From: Phycisphaeraceae bacterium
GTDB taxonomy: Bacteria; Planctomycetota; Phycisphaerae; Phycisphaerales; Phycisphaeraceae
DNA length: 64,000 nucleotides
Assembly (NCBI GenBank): GCA_040876735.1
Contig: JBBDPC010000100.1
Span: 3,818 to 67,817, forward strand
Direction of reading: 5' to 3'
The translations under genes and the position numbers were made by a program. Positions within the stretch are counted from its first letter, which is position 1. Each line of letters starts with the position of its first letter. Shown piece after piece: positions 36,039 through 46,088 of the stretch. Below the pieces are notes generated by a model that was not told where the DNA came from, searched no databases, and saw only the letters and a list, made by a program, of their open reading frames with translations.

Positions 36039-37298
36039 ATGATCCAGCGACGCCCCACCCGACAGGTCACCCTCGGCGACGAACAGCACACCCGCGTCAC
36101 CATCGGCGGCGACGCACCCGTCTCCGTCCAGACCATGACCGCCGGCTACACCTACGACGTCGACAACTGCGTCGCCGAGATCAACCGTCTCGCTGCCGCC
36201 GGCGCCGACATCGTCCGCGTCGCCGTGCCCATGAAAAAAGACACCGACGCGCTGAAGCAGATCATCCCGCAGGTGCGCGTGCCCATCGTCGCCGACGTCC
36301 ACTTCCACTTCCAGCGCGCCCTCGAAGCCATCGACGCCGGCGTCCACAAAATTCGCCTCAACCCCGGCAACATCTCCGACAAGAAACAGGTCGCCGAGGT
36401 CATCGACGCCTGCAAGGAGAAAAACCTGCCCATCCGCATCGGCGTCAACGAAGGCTCCATCATCGAGCGCAAGGACAAGCAGAAGCGCATGAAGGAGCTC
36501 GGCGGCGTCTTCTCCAACGATAAGCACGGCCACTTCCTCGCCATCATGATCACCAAGCTCGAGGAATACCTCGACATCTTCTACGAACGCGACTTCTACG
36601 ACATCGTCATCTCCGCCAAGAGCCCCGACCCCACCCTCGCCATCGCCGCCTACACCGAAATCTCCAAACGCTTCGACCACCCACTGCACCTCGGCGTCAC
36701 CCATGCGGGCCCCAAGGAGACCGGCACGATCCGCAGCGTCGTCCCGCTGGGTCATCTGCTCGCGGCCGGCATCGGCGACACGGTGCGCATCAGCTATGCC
36801 AACGACCCGGTCTACGAAGTGGAAGACGCGCTGGAGATGCTCTACTGCCTGGAGCTGCGCGATCGCAAGGGGGTGGACCTGATCGCCTGCCCGACGTGCG
36901 GCCGCATCCAGGTCGACCTGTTCACGCTGGTGCAGGAAGTGCGCGAGACGCTGAAGCGGGAGATCGAGCTGCCGATCAAGGTGGCCGTGATGGGCTGCAT
37001 CGTCAACGGCCCGGGCGAGGCGGAGGGCGCGGACGTCGCCATCTTCGCCGGCGACCGGCGGGGCATCATCTACGTGCAGGGCCAGAAGGTCGCCAACGTG
37101 CCCGAAGAAGAAATCATGTCTCGCCTGCTTGAAGAATGTCAGAAGTTCGAGGCCAAGGTGCGCAGCGGCGAAGCGAAGCTGGGCGAAAAGATCGTCGAAA
37201 TCGCCCCCCCCGACCCCATCGGCGAACTCGGCTCCGGCTTCGACAAAATCGCCAAAGGCGACGTCGAAAAAATCACGCCGTTGACGATCAGCAAGTAG
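36039..37298 (+). CDS. ispG: (E)-4-hydroxy-3-methylbut-2-enyl-diphosphate synthase
   Basis: VQTMT, VADVHF, RLNPGNI, RIGVNEGS, PLHLGVT, GIGDTVRIS, ACPTCGR and MGCIVNGPGE motifs. Confidence 0.97.
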   Translation: MIQRRPTRQVTLGDEQHTRVTIGGDAPVSVQTMTAGYTYDVDNCVAEINRLAAAGADIVRVAVPMKKDTDALKQIIPQVRVPIVADVHFHFQRALEAIDAGVHKIRLNPGNISDKKQVAEVIDACKEKNLPIRIGVNEGSIIERKDKQKRMKELGGVFSNDKHGHFLAIMITKLEEYLDIFYERDFYDIVISAKSPDPTLAIAAYTEISKRFDHPLHLGVTHAGPKETGTIRSVVPLGHLLAAGIGDTVRISYANDPVYEVEDALEMLYCLELRDRKGVDLIACPTCGRIQVDLFTLVQEVRETLKREIELPIKVAVMGCIVNGPGEAEGADVAIFAGDRRGIIYVQGQKVANVPEEEIMSRLLEECQKFEAKVRSGEAKLGEKIVEIAPPDPIGELGSGFDKIAKGDVEKITPLTISK

Positions 37299-37319
37299 GG
37301 ACAAGTAGGGAGGGGATGC

Positions 37320-37619
37320 GTGGAATGGATCATGACAGGCATCACGCTGGGCCTAGGATTGCTTTCACTGGTGCGGTGGGCAAGACGGGGCTTCTGGGTT
37401 CCACCTTATGTTCATGTTTTGGCGCTCATGTTTTTTTTGCTGGGCGGCCTGCTAACGGTGACAGCTTGGCAGTGGCAGGCGCTGACATGGGAGCTTGCAG
37501 TTCTTTTCTTGTTGGTCGGGCCGTTGCTGGTCTATGTCTGGTTTGCATATTTTGGTGGCGTTGAGGAAGCGGTCGCTCGCGACACACAAAGCCGTTGTCG
37601 ATCAGAAAACAATCCTTGA
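37320..37619 (+). CDS. small membrane protein, atypical T-rich composition
   Basis: 99 aa with three hydrophobic segments; GGAGGGG RBS; GTG start. Confidence 0.55.
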   Translation: MEWIMTGITLGLGLLSLVRWARRGFWVPPYVHVLALMFFLLGGLLTVTAWQWQALTWELAVLFLLVGPLLVYVWFAYFGGVEEAVARDTQSRCRSENNP

Positions 37620-37629
37620 GAGCCGCGTC

Positions 37630-37776
37630 TGTGTAGCGCCGCCGCGGAACCAGTGGTCGGTGTTTCTGGATTCGGCGTCGGCCATCGTGCGGGCGGTGCG
37701 CTACGTTGAACAGAATCCGGCGAAGGCGGGCCTCAAGCCGCAGCGATGGTCGTTCGTCACGCCGTACACGCCATGA
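37630..37776 (+). pseudogene. C-terminal remnant of a RAYT / IS200-like Y1 transposase
   Basis: WSVFLDSASAIVRAVRYVEQNPAKAGLKPQRWSFV has the YxxxNPxxAG catalytic-Tyr motif; no HUH motif or N-terminus upstream. Confidence 0.7.
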
Positions 37777-37913
37777 CTACCTCCGTGGCGGTTTCGCCGC
37801 TCCACCTTGCCTGTTGAACCGGACCGCGGGTAGACTGAAAACATCCGGGCGCCGAGCATCTCTATGGACGATGGCGCGTCTGTTCACTTCCGAGGCTGTA
37901 GCCGAAGGGGATT

Positions 37914-39344
37914 GTGATGATTCGACCATACTGTCTGATGCTGATGTTGATCGCTCTGCTTGGCGGACCGGCGTCGGCGGATGAGCTGCACCCGCGCCTC
38001 ACACCGGGCGAGGAAGTGCGCCTCGAGATGGCAGACGGCTTCCACAACCACATCCTGATCTACGTGCCACGCGACTACACGCCCGATCGGCCGTGGCCCG
38101 TCGTCTTCTGCTACCACGGCTACCAGGGCAAGCCCACGACCTGGCCCATCCGCCAGATGACCGACGGCCGCGGCGTCATCGTCGTGGGCATGGACCACGC
38201 CAGCGAGGCATACCACAACAGCCCCGCGCGCGGCACGGCCCACCAGCCGGCCGAGATCGAACGCTTCAACACCGTGCTGGACATCCTCGACCGGCACCTG
38301 AACATCGAACGCCGCCGGGTCTTCATGGCCGGGTTCTCGCAAGGCGGCTACACCACCAGCGTGCTCGGCGAAGCGATGCTCGACCAACTCGCGGGGCTGA
38401 TCATCCTCGGCGCCGGGCGGTCGAAGGGCACCAACGATCCGCCTTCGCCTCGGCGCATCCGCAACCTGCCCATCTTCATCGGCGCCGGCGAAGATGACGA
38501 TCCGCACGGCCCACGCGCCGAACGCGCCGAACGCCTCTACCGCGACTGGGGCGCTGACGTCACCGCCGACTTCTGGCCCGGCACCGGCCACACCGCCAAG
38601 ACCGACGCCCCCGCCCTGGGTGAATGGCTGATCGAACACGACCTCACCGCCCTGCTGCCGCACGACTTCGAACGGGCCCGCCGACTTGAGCGCGACGACC
38701 GGGTCCGGGCCTACCACGCCTACCGCGTCCTGGCCCGGATCGCCGACGACCACCCCGTCTGCCAGCAGGCTCGCGAGGCCGCCGACGCGATTGCCGCCGA
38801 CGCGAACGCCTCGATCGACGAAGCCGAGGCCGCGCTGGAGAACGGCCGGGTGGACGAAGCGATCCGCCTGCTTCTGCTGGCGCGCGAGGCGCACGCCGGC
38901 CTCGACGCGGCCGAGCGCGCCGATGCCCTGCTGCACACGATCGCGGATGACCCGGAGCTTGACGACGCGTACGGCCGGCGCATCGCCGCCATGATCGGCC
39001 GAACGCTCCGCCGCGATGCACAGGACGCCATCCGCGCCGGCGAGCAGGCGGAAGCGGTCGCGATGTACGAGCAATACGTCGAGCAATTCCCCGACGCCCG
39101 CGACGCCGTGGCGGTGCAGAGCCAGATCGACCGGCTCAAATCCGACCCGGACACCATTGCCCAGATCCGCGACGCCGAGGCGATCGACGCCGCCCGGCCG
39201 TTGATGGAGTGGGCCGAGACGTTCCTGGCGTGCGGTCAGCCCGACCGGGCCGAACCGCTGCTGCTGCGCATTGTCGACGAACATCCCGACACGACCTTCG
39301 CCGACCGCGCCGCCACCTGGCTCGATCGCGGCGCACGACGGTGA
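37914..39344 (+). CDS. secreted alpha/beta hydrolase (esterase) with helical/TPR-like C-terminus
   Basis: Signal peptide, YVP..Y...WPVVFCYHG, GFSQGG nucleophile elbow, GEDD and GTGH. Confidence 0.8.
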   Translation: MMIRPYCLMLMLIALLGGPASADELHPRLTPGEEVRLEMADGFHNHILIYVPRDYTPDRPWPVVFCYHGYQGKPTTWPIRQMTDGRGVIVVGMDHASEAYHNSPARGTAHQPAEIERFNTVLDILDRHLNIERRRVFMAGFSQGGYTTSVLGEAMLDQLAGLIILGAGRSKGTNDPPSPRRIRNLPIFIGAGEDDDPHGPRAERAERLYRDWGADVTADFWPGTGHTAKTDAPALGEWLIEHDLTALLPHDFERARRLERDDRVRAYHAYRVLARIADDHPVCQQAREAADAIAADANASIDEAEAALENGRVDEAIRLLLLAREAHAGLDAAERADALLHTIADDPELDDAYGRRIAAMIGRTLRRDAQDAIRAGEQAEAVAMYEQYVEQFPDARDAVAVQSQIDRLKSDPDTIAQIRDAEAIDAARPLMEWAETFLACGQPDRAEPLLLRIVDEHPDTTFADRAATWLDRGARR

Positions 39345-39366
39345 GGCTGTCGTCCGCGCCTGAACC

Positions 39367-39435
39367 TGTTTAATCCCCGCGCCCACGCGGGGGCGCCCCT
39401 GGTCCCCCGCCCGCCGTAGGCGGCGGGGCTAAACG
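39367..39435. repeat. degenerate REP-like pair (...CGGGGCTAAACG)
   Basis: CCCCGCCCGCCGTAGGCGGCGGGGCTAAACG hairpin; its end resembles the CGTTAGCC ends at 42456 and 42562. Confidence 0.5.
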
Positions 39436-39545
39436 CAATGTGGCGGCTCGCGGCCCAACGTCCATCGGCGCGTTACACGCTCAACTTCCGTGGGTCCGTC
39501 GCAAACGCGAACAACTTCCCCATCCGAATGGCCGATGTAACCGGT

Positions 39546-41060
39546 ATGGCCGTCACCCGACAGACCGGCCGGTTTGTCATCGACATCGCGGGCGACCGCA
39601 TGTCGGCTGCGCTGACGGTGCCGGCCGACCTTGACCCCGCCACGGTCACCGAGGCGACGCTGCTCGCCGAGTTGAAGCAGGCGGGCCTGACGCCGCAGCC
39701 GACGTGGGACCCGGCGATCCGCGATGGCGTCCAGCAGTACCACGTCAAGCCCGACGAGCCGGTCACGGTCACGCTCCACGGCCAGCCCGCCAAACATGGC
39801 GTCGACGGCCGGTTCGAGTGGGATCCGGACTGCGATCCCAACGAGCAGCCCGTCACCGCCGGTCGCGACGGCGCGGCCGACTTCTACAGCCACTCCGCGT
39901 TCATCATGATTGCCGAGGGCCAGCGCCTCGGCCGGCTGCACCCACCCGTGCCCGGCGAGCCGGGGATGACCATCACCGGCGAAACCGCCTCGCCGCGCAC
40001 CGGCAAGGAGGCTACGCTCCGCATCGACAAGGAATCGGTCAACCTCGCCGGCGACGGGGAATGCACCGCGATCATCGCCGGCGTGCTGCATCATGAAGAC
40101 GACATGCTACGCATCGAGCCTTGCCTGAACATCCAGGAAAACGTCGACTTCTCCACCGGCCACGTCGACTTCGACGGCGACGTCGTCGTTCACGAAGGCG
40201 TACGCGACCTGTTCCGCGTCCGCGCCACCGGCAGCGTGCAGGTGAGGGGCCTGATCGAAGCGGGGCGGATCACCACCGGCGTCGACTTCGACGCCGACGG
40301 CGGCATGGCGGGCCGGGAGAAAGGCCGCGTCAACATCGGCCGGGACATGAACGCCCGGCATCTGTCAGGCGTGCACGGGCACGTCCGCCGCCACCTCACC
40401 GTCGACCGCGAGATCATCAACTGCGAGCTGTTCGTCGGCGGCGAGGTGCGGGCCGTGCGGGCGGTGCTGGTCGGCGGTTCGATCGTCGCAACGCAACGGA
40501 TCACCGTGCGCGACCTTGGCTCGCAGGCCGGTCACGAAACGCTGGCCGTGCTCGGCTGCGCCCCGGCGCTGGAGGCAGGACTGGCGCAGGCGGCGGCGAT
40601 GCTGCGCCGGTTTGACGAGCAGATGAGCGACGACGAAAACGACGCGTTCAACACGATGGTCCACCGCGGCGGCGCGGCCGCGGAGATGCGCCTCGACGAG
40701 TTGAAAGTCGCCAAGCACAATCTCACGCAGCAGCGGGCCTTGATTCAGTCGCGCTACGACGCGATCGACGCGGTGCTCAAGAAGCGCCGCCGGGCGGAGC
40801 TGTTCGTGCATCGCGCGATCCACCCCGGCGTCACGCTGCTCCACGGCGACCAGGCGTATACGTTTCAGGAAACGCTGCGCGGCCCGTTGCTGATCGGGCA
40901 CAAGCCGGACCGGCCGGGCGATCTGATCGTGAAAGACCTCGGCAGCAACGATCAACGGGCACTGATGGAGTTCACGAAACTGCGCGTGCTGTCGGAGCGT
41001 GATCCGTTGCGACAGTTGCAACGGGTGCAGGCGCCCAAGGCGGTGAAACCCACCGATTGA
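39546..41060 (+). CDS. FapA (DUF342) family protein
   Basis: PGEPGMTITG and ENVDFSTGHVDFDGDVVV motifs, beta-helix-like repeats, IHPGV. Start could alternatively be 39528. Confidence 0.85.
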   Translation: MAVTRQTGRFVIDIAGDRMSAALTVPADLDPATVTEATLLAELKQAGLTPQPTWDPAIRDGVQQYHVKPDEPVTVTLHGQPAKHGVDGRFEWDPDCDPNEQPVTAGRDGAADFYSHSAFIMIAEGQRLGRLHPPVPGEPGMTITGETASPRTGKEATLRIDKESVNLAGDGECTAIIAGVLHHEDDMLRIEPCLNIQENVDFSTGHVDFDGDVVVHEGVRDLFRVRATGSVQVRGLIEAGRITTGVDFDADGGMAGREKGRVNIGRDMNARHLSGVHGHVRRHLTVDREIINCELFVGGEVRAVRAVLVGGSIVATQRITVRDLGSQAGHETLAVLGCAPALEAGLAQAAAMLRRFDEQMSDDENDAFNTMVHRGGAAAEMRLDELKVAKHNLTQQRALIQSRYDAIDAVLKKRRRAELFVHRAIHPGVTLLHGDQAYTFQETLRGPLLIGHKPDRPGDLIVKDLGSNDQRALMEFTKLRVLSERDPLRQLQRVQAPKAVKPTD

Positions 41061-41073
41061 ATCCGTGGGCTTC
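41045..41073. repeat. palindromic repeat overlapping the fapA stop codon
   Basis: GAAACCCACCGATTGAATCCGTGGGCTTC; the TGA at 41058-41060 lies inside it. Confidence 0.8.
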
Positions 41074-41088
41074 GGGAGTGATGTTTGT

Positions 41089-42399
41089 TCAAGCGGTGAC
41101 GATGCCGGCGGGTGGGACGGCGCGGGCGAAGGCGGCGTTGCCGTCAAGCTTCATCCAGTTTTCGAGCACATCGCGGTAGACGGTGCGGAAGTCGATGTTG
41201 AAGGTGACGTCACCGTCGTCGAGGTCGTCGGCGGCGAGGCTGGGGTGTTGGCCGTGCAGACCCGGGCGGGCGTGATCGCCGAAGAGGAACATCGGGCCGG
41301 CGGCGCCGTGGTCCGTGCCTTGGGAGGCGTTCTGGCGGACGCGTCGGCCGAACTCGGAGAAGGCGAGGGTGACGACGCGCTTGCCGTGGCCGGCGGCGTC
41401 GAGCTCGCGGTAGAAACCGCGGACGGCGGTGGCGAACTGCTGGAGCAGGTTGGCGTGGGGATTGATCTGCGCGGCGTGGGTGTCGAAGCCGCCCATGGCG
41501 ACGTAGTAGACGCGGGTGGGCAGTTCGGCGCGGATCATGGCGGCGACGGTTTGCAGTTGGCGGGCGAGCGGGCCGTTGGGGAACTCGGTCAGCGGCCGCT
41601 GATTGGCGGCGCGGCGGACGTTGGCGGAGGCGACCTGCGCGTCCATGGCGGTGCGGAAGATGAAGTCGGTGGGGTCGGTGGCGGCGGGGGCTGGAGGCTG
41701 AATCGCCTGGGGTGCTTCCTGTATCGCCTGGTACGGGTCTTCAAGTTGCTTGTCGTGATCGGAGCCGTGCCAGCGGAAGAGGCGGGGCTGCTGGAAGGTG
41801 ACGGGGCGCGTTTCGCGACCGAGGGTGGCCAGGGGTGCGGTGTTGCCGAGGGTGATGCACTCCATGCCATGGGCGTCGACGAGCTGGTCGGCTTCGCGGG
41901 CCTTGTCCAGTGCCCGGCCGATCCAGCCATGGCCGCGATGGCCCGCGCCGCCGGCGTTGGTGTCGCCGCTGTGCCAGACGTCCATGGAAGCGAAGTGGGA
42001 GCGGTTGGGGTTGGGATAGCCGACGCCCTGGAGGACGGTGGCCCGGCCTTCGCCCATCATTTCGTAGAGGTCGCGCAGGCCGGGATGGAGGCCGATGCCG
42101 TTGCGCGGGTCGACGACGAGCAGGTCGCGTTCGGGCAGGGCGAGGTTGGGTCGAGCGTTGTAGTATTCGCGCATGCCGAAGGGGATGACGGTGTTGAGCC
42201 CGTCGTTGCCGCCGGAGAGCTGGACGACGACGAGCACGCGGTCCTCCGGTACGCCGGGCTTGCTGGTGAGGCGCATGGTGGTGTCGGTCATGGCGGCGGC
42301 GGTGCGAGGCAGGAAGCCGGGCACGGTGCCGACGGTCGAGAGCATGGCCAGGCCGGCGTGGAGGAACTGGCGACGTGTGAAGGCGAATTGGTCAGGCAT
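41089..42399 (-). CDS. DUF1501 family protein with Tat signal
   Basis: TRRQFL, VVVQLSGGNDGLN, NRSHF, GGFDTH, SEFGRR and GTDHG motifs. Confidence 0.92.
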   Translation of the reverse strand: MPDQFAFTRRQFLHAGLAMLSTVGTVPGFLPRTAAAMTDTTMRLTSKPGVPEDRVLVVVQLSGGNDGLNTVIPFGMREYYNARPNLALPERDLLVVDPRNGIGLHPGLRDLYEMMGEGRATVLQGVGYPNPNRSHFASMDVWHSGDTNAGGAGHRGHGWIGRALDKAREADQLVDAHGMECITLGNTAPLATLGRETRPVTFQQPRLFRWHGSDHDKQLEDPYQAIQEAPQAIQPPAPAATDPTDFIFRTAMDAQVASANVRRAANQRPLTEFPNGPLARQLQTVAAMIRAELPTRVYYVAMGGFDTHAAQINPHANLLQQFATAVRGFYRELDAAGHGKRVVTLAFSEFGRRVRQNASQGTDHGAAGPMFLFGDHARPGLHGQHPSLAADDLDDGDVTFNIDFRTVYRDVLENWMKLDGNAAFARAVPPAGIVTA

Positions 42400-42455
42400 G
42401 GTGGTTTCTCGAAGGAGGCGTGGGCAGTCGAAGCCACAGACCAACACCAATCGGC

Positions 42456-42562
42456 CGTTAGCCGCGGCCTTTACGGCCGCGCATTCGGTCGACCGGACGC
42501 GATCGGATGCAACCGGGGCCGACCCGTAACGGAACGCGCGGCCGTAAAGGCCGCGGCTAACG
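42456..42562. repeat. REPIN-like element with perfect 27-bp inverted arms
   Basis: CGTTAGCCGCGGCCTTTACGGCCGCGC and GCGCGGCCGTAAAGGCCGCGGCTAACG; each arm is itself palindromic. Confidence 0.9.
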
Positions 42563-42571
42563 TTGGCGGTT

Positions 42572-44080
42572 TTAACACAACTGGTACTCCGGCATGGTGG
42601 TGATCAACACGAGTACGGGCACGAGCGCGTCGGCGGTCACCCGCTGCCCGGCCCCCCCGGATCCGGCCCGGCGCTGAAGCTCACGCACCAGCGGCTCGCG
42701 ACGGGGGGCGGGAATGTGATCGCCCACCAACTGGTCCACCAATTCGTCCACCACGCGCTCGGGCGTGCGCTGCTCGTCGGGCAGGTGGGCGACCAGCGGC
42801 GTCGGGTCGTACGGCTGACGGTCGTTGGACGCCCCGGCCACGGCGGGGTGGCCGGTGAGCAGGTAGAGGCAGAGGTTCTGGCGGGTGAAGAGCGTGGAGG
42901 TGTTGACCCATGCCCGGCCCACATCCCAGCCGGCGACGGAGGGCGGGTCGAACAACTCCTGGCCGAGGTGCATCATGGTGATGCGCAGGGCCTTGGGCTC
43001 GCGCGGGGGCGTCCGCATCATGCGGACGGTGCCGACGAGCAGTTGGGCGGGGCTTTTGATCTTGCGGCCGACGACCGCGGCGTCATAGAAGTGCTGGCTT
43101 TTGAAGATCGTCTTGAGCACGGGGGCGAGGCGGTATTCGTGACGTCGCACGAGCGTGCCGAGGTCGCGGATGACGGCCACCTGGTCGGCGCTGGCGCGGT
43201 CGGGGTCGACGTCGGCGACGAAGTAGCGGTAGAGCTTGTAGGCGACGAACTGGGCGCAGGCGTTCTGGCGGAGCAGGTGGAGCGTGAGGCCGTCGCCGTC
43301 GAACCGCTCGCGCCGGCCGAGGATCTGCTTGGGGCCGTGGTCGTGCTGGCGGACGTTGAAGTGGAAGTCGTTGTGCTGCACGTGGTAGCCGGTGAGCGCG
43401 CGGGCGGCTTCCTGGATGTCCTGCTCGGTGTAGTTGCCGACGCCGAGGGTGAACAGCTCCATCAGTTCGCGGGCGAGGTTTTCGTTGGGCTCGGCACTGC
43501 GGTTGCGGTCGTTGTTGAGGAAGCGGAGCATGGCGGGGTCGCGCACGATGCCGAGGGCGAGGTCGGCGAAGTTGCCCGCGGCCGCGCGGCGGAGCATGGC
43601 GTTCTGCTGGAGCATCTGGTAGGTGCTGCGGACGTTGCGGTGGCGGGTGGCGAAGTGGTCGTGCCAGAGCAGCGTGAGGTTTTCCTCCAGCGGCCGGGGG
43701 GTGCGGATCATCAACTCCAGCCACCACTGCTGAAGCTGCTGCAACATCTCGCGATCCTGGTACCGCCGACGAAGACGTTCGGTATTGAAGCGGTCGAGCG
43801 TGTCCTGGTCGCCCTGCCGACGTGCGACGGCCCGCTCGCGCCGCTCCTCGGGCGTCGGCGGGCGGATCAGGTCCGGGTCGGCGTCGGGCATGGGCAAGGC
43901 GTCGGTGGGCAGGTCGTGATAGTCCGCCAGCGCATCGACCGCCGCGTCCAGCCCCATGTCCGCCAGCATCCGCGCCCGTCCCGGCTCAGGCCCGAAGGCC
44001 GTCCGCCGCAGCAGGTGCCGGGCCTGCGGCAAGCCGAACTCGTCGTCAGCCAGTGGATTCAGCGAGGTGTTCACAGCCAT
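42572..44080 (-). CDS. DUF1800 family protein
   Basis: HLLRRTAFG, LWHDHFAT, PNENLARELMELFTLG, PPSVAGW and PEYQL motifs. Confidence 0.92.
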   Translation of the reverse strand: MAVNTSLNPLADDEFGLPQARHLLRRTAFGPEPGRARMLADMGLDAAVDALADYHDLPTDALPMPDADPDLIRPPTPEERRERAVARRQGDQDTLDRFNTERLRRRYQDREMLQQLQQWWLELMIRTPRPLEENLTLLWHDHFATRHRNVRSTYQMLQQNAMLRRAAAGNFADLALGIVRDPAMLRFLNNDRNRSAEPNENLARELMELFTLGVGNYTEQDIQEAARALTGYHVQHNDFHFNVRQHDHGPKQILGRRERFDGDGLTLHLLRQNACAQFVAYKLYRYFVADVDPDRASADQVAVIRDLGTLVRRHEYRLAPVLKTIFKSQHFYDAAVVGRKIKSPAQLLVGTVRMMRTPPREPKALRITMMHLGQELFDPPSVAGWDVGRAWVNTSTLFTRQNLCLYLLTGHPAVAGASNDRQPYDPTPLVAHLPDEQRTPERVVDELVDQLVGDHIPAPRREPLVRELQRRAGSGGAGQRVTADALVPVLVLITTMPEYQLC

Positions 44081-44181
44081 GACATCCCTGCCCCGATGGA
44101 CGACCAGCCCCCCTCGAACTATCGGCCAAACGCCACCGCGACGTCCGCTATTGCCGCCCGGTCCGAAGAGGGAAGATTTGA

Positions 44182-44239
44182 GGTGGGGCGGGTGTCTCGC
44201 CCGTCAAGGGGGGAGGCGGGCTTTGGCGCCCGCCCCGCT
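44182..44239. repeat. REP pair, GGTGGGGCGGG family
   Basis: GGTGGGGCGGGTGTCTCGCCCGTC with degenerate partner GGCGGGC...CGCCCGCCCCGC. Confidence 0.7.
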
Positions 44240-44257
44240 GAAGAAACGCTGTGGCAT

Positions 44258-45484
44258 TCATTCCGTCGACTTGCTGCCGAACGCCGCCGCCAGCAGTTCC
44301 TCGTCCACGTCGTCGGGGATCGTCCGGCCGGTGGCGTAGTTGTACAGCAGCGATCGGAACACCATGTCCGCCGCGCTGCTGGCGACCACGGCCAGAATCA
44401 CCGCCAGCGCGAACAACACCACCGCGGTAATGATCAACAGCAACTGCCCGCTGGCCACCGCCAGGCCGACCAGAACGCCGAGCACGATGAACACCGGCAG
44501 CGTGACCAGGAACGTCAGCAGCGTCATGGAGAAGTTGCCCACCAGCGCCTCGCCCCACGTCTGCTTGAGCGTGCTCAGCGCCTGCTTGAACGCCCGCACC
44601 GGGCCGACCCCCTCGGCCGCCAGCACGGGCACGACGAAGTAGGTCAGAATCGTCCACCCCGTGCCGAGGATCGCCGCCACCACGGCCCCGACCTTGTCGT
44701 TGGCGTTCTCGATGATCTTCAGCAGCAGCCCCACCGTCGCGGACACCAGCGCCCAGCCGGCGATCTGCGGTAGCCGGCGCATCGCCACCGACAGGCCGTA
44801 ACCCACCGTCGGCGTCTCCCCGGCACAGACGCGCAACGCGCAGGCCGACAGCGCCGTATTGAAAAAGACGATCACGAAGTAGCTGCAGAAGTAGAACGCA
44901 AAGGCGAGCACGTAGACCAGCAGCGGCACCTCGCCGGCGGCCGTCTCCTCGTCCAGAAACGTGTCCAACTGCTCCAGCGTGCCCGTGCCCGCCATCGGCA
45001 GCACAAAACTGGCGATCACCACCAGCGACGCCAGCCCCGAGAGCAACGGGAAGACCAGCAGTTGCTTGAAGTCCCAGATGATGCTGTAGGAGAGCTTCAC
45101 ATACTCCCAGCTTCGCCGCAGTCGGCCGAAGAAGCCGTCGGCGCCCACCGGCCCGGCCGTGCGGCGGGACCCGGCGGGGCCGGCCTGCTTGACGGCCCGG
45201 CCGACGCTGGTGGTCAGCGCCTGGTTCGTCTGAAGATTGAACCCGCAATGCACGCATAACACCGCGTCGGCGGCGATCGCTTCGCTGCATGACGGGCACT
45301 GACGCTTGCCCACATGCGCCGTCCCGCCCTGCGCCGCGATCTCGCCGCCGGCCGCCTGCTCCGGCGTGTCGGGCACGTGCATCTTGTTCCCACACTTGCA
45401 CCGCACCCGTTGGCCGGCCAGTTCCGGCTTCCATCGGTACTGCTTCTGACACGTCAGACAGGAAAACGTGGATTCGCCACCCAT
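44258..45484 (-). CDS. DUF6159-like membrane protein with two N-terminal zinc ribbons
   Basis: CLTC..CKCG and CPSC..CVHCG ribbons; LLVFPLLS, FFNTAL, TYFVVPVL and TWGEAL motifs. Confidence 0.75.
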   Translation of the reverse strand: MGGESTFSCLTCQKQYRWKPELAGQRVRCKCGNKMHVPDTPEQAAGGEIAAQGGTAHVGKRQCPSCSEAIAADAVLCVHCGFNLQTNQALTTSVGRAVKQAGPAGSRRTAGPVGADGFFGRLRRSWEYVKLSYSIIWDFKQLLVFPLLSGLASLVVIASFVLPMAGTGTLEQLDTFLDEETAAGEVPLLVYVLAFAFYFCSYFVIVFFNTALSACALRVCAGETPTVGYGLSVAMRRLPQIAGWALVSATVGLLLKIIENANDKVGAVVAAILGTGWTILTYFVVPVLAAEGVGPVRAFKQALSTLKQTWGEALVGNFSMTLLTFLVTLPVFIVLGVLVGLAVASGQLLLIITAVVLFALAVILAVVASSAADMVFRSLLYNYATGRTIPDDVDEELLAAAFGSKSTE

Positions 45485-46088
45485 CGCCTGCACCCCTTTG
45501 CCGAACGGAAGTGAGTGAATCAAGACGTCGCCGGAATCCGCCCGCCCCATCACGGGCGGCATCGTACGCATTATCCGTGTTGCGGAAGCCCGGGCCAAGC
45601 TTTTTCTGTCAATTCTCACCGCTCCGCTTCCAATGTCCCGATCCAGATCTGCAGTGCCATGCCGGCTGAGAAAAGCGACGACCGCCGCCCGGGCGCCCGC
45701 CCGGGTGGGCCAGGCGTTCCGCCCGCCGAGGCAGGCTTGCACGTCTGCCCCGCCGCCGGCATCGGGTGGCGACTGAATTCGGGCAGGTCAACCTTGACGA
45801 TCGTAAACGCAAGGGGTGTAATGAAGGGCAGCAGAGTCAGTTCTATCGCCATCCTGTTCCGAGGCCGGCGAATTTCCGCCATTTATCCCGGCCCCAGGGC
45901 ATGCGGTCGCGGGCGTTCCGGGCGTCTGGCTCGTCGGTTCGTCAGGTCAAGTTGTGCCGGCTCACCGCCGTCGAAGCGCTTCGCCAGTCATGGGAGCGCG
46001 GGTTTGAGTGGGCCCGGATTGACCGTTTAGCCGATGCCCATTTCAGGCCGTTGCGTCAAGGCATCTCGGGCGCGAAAGGGACCGCTCC

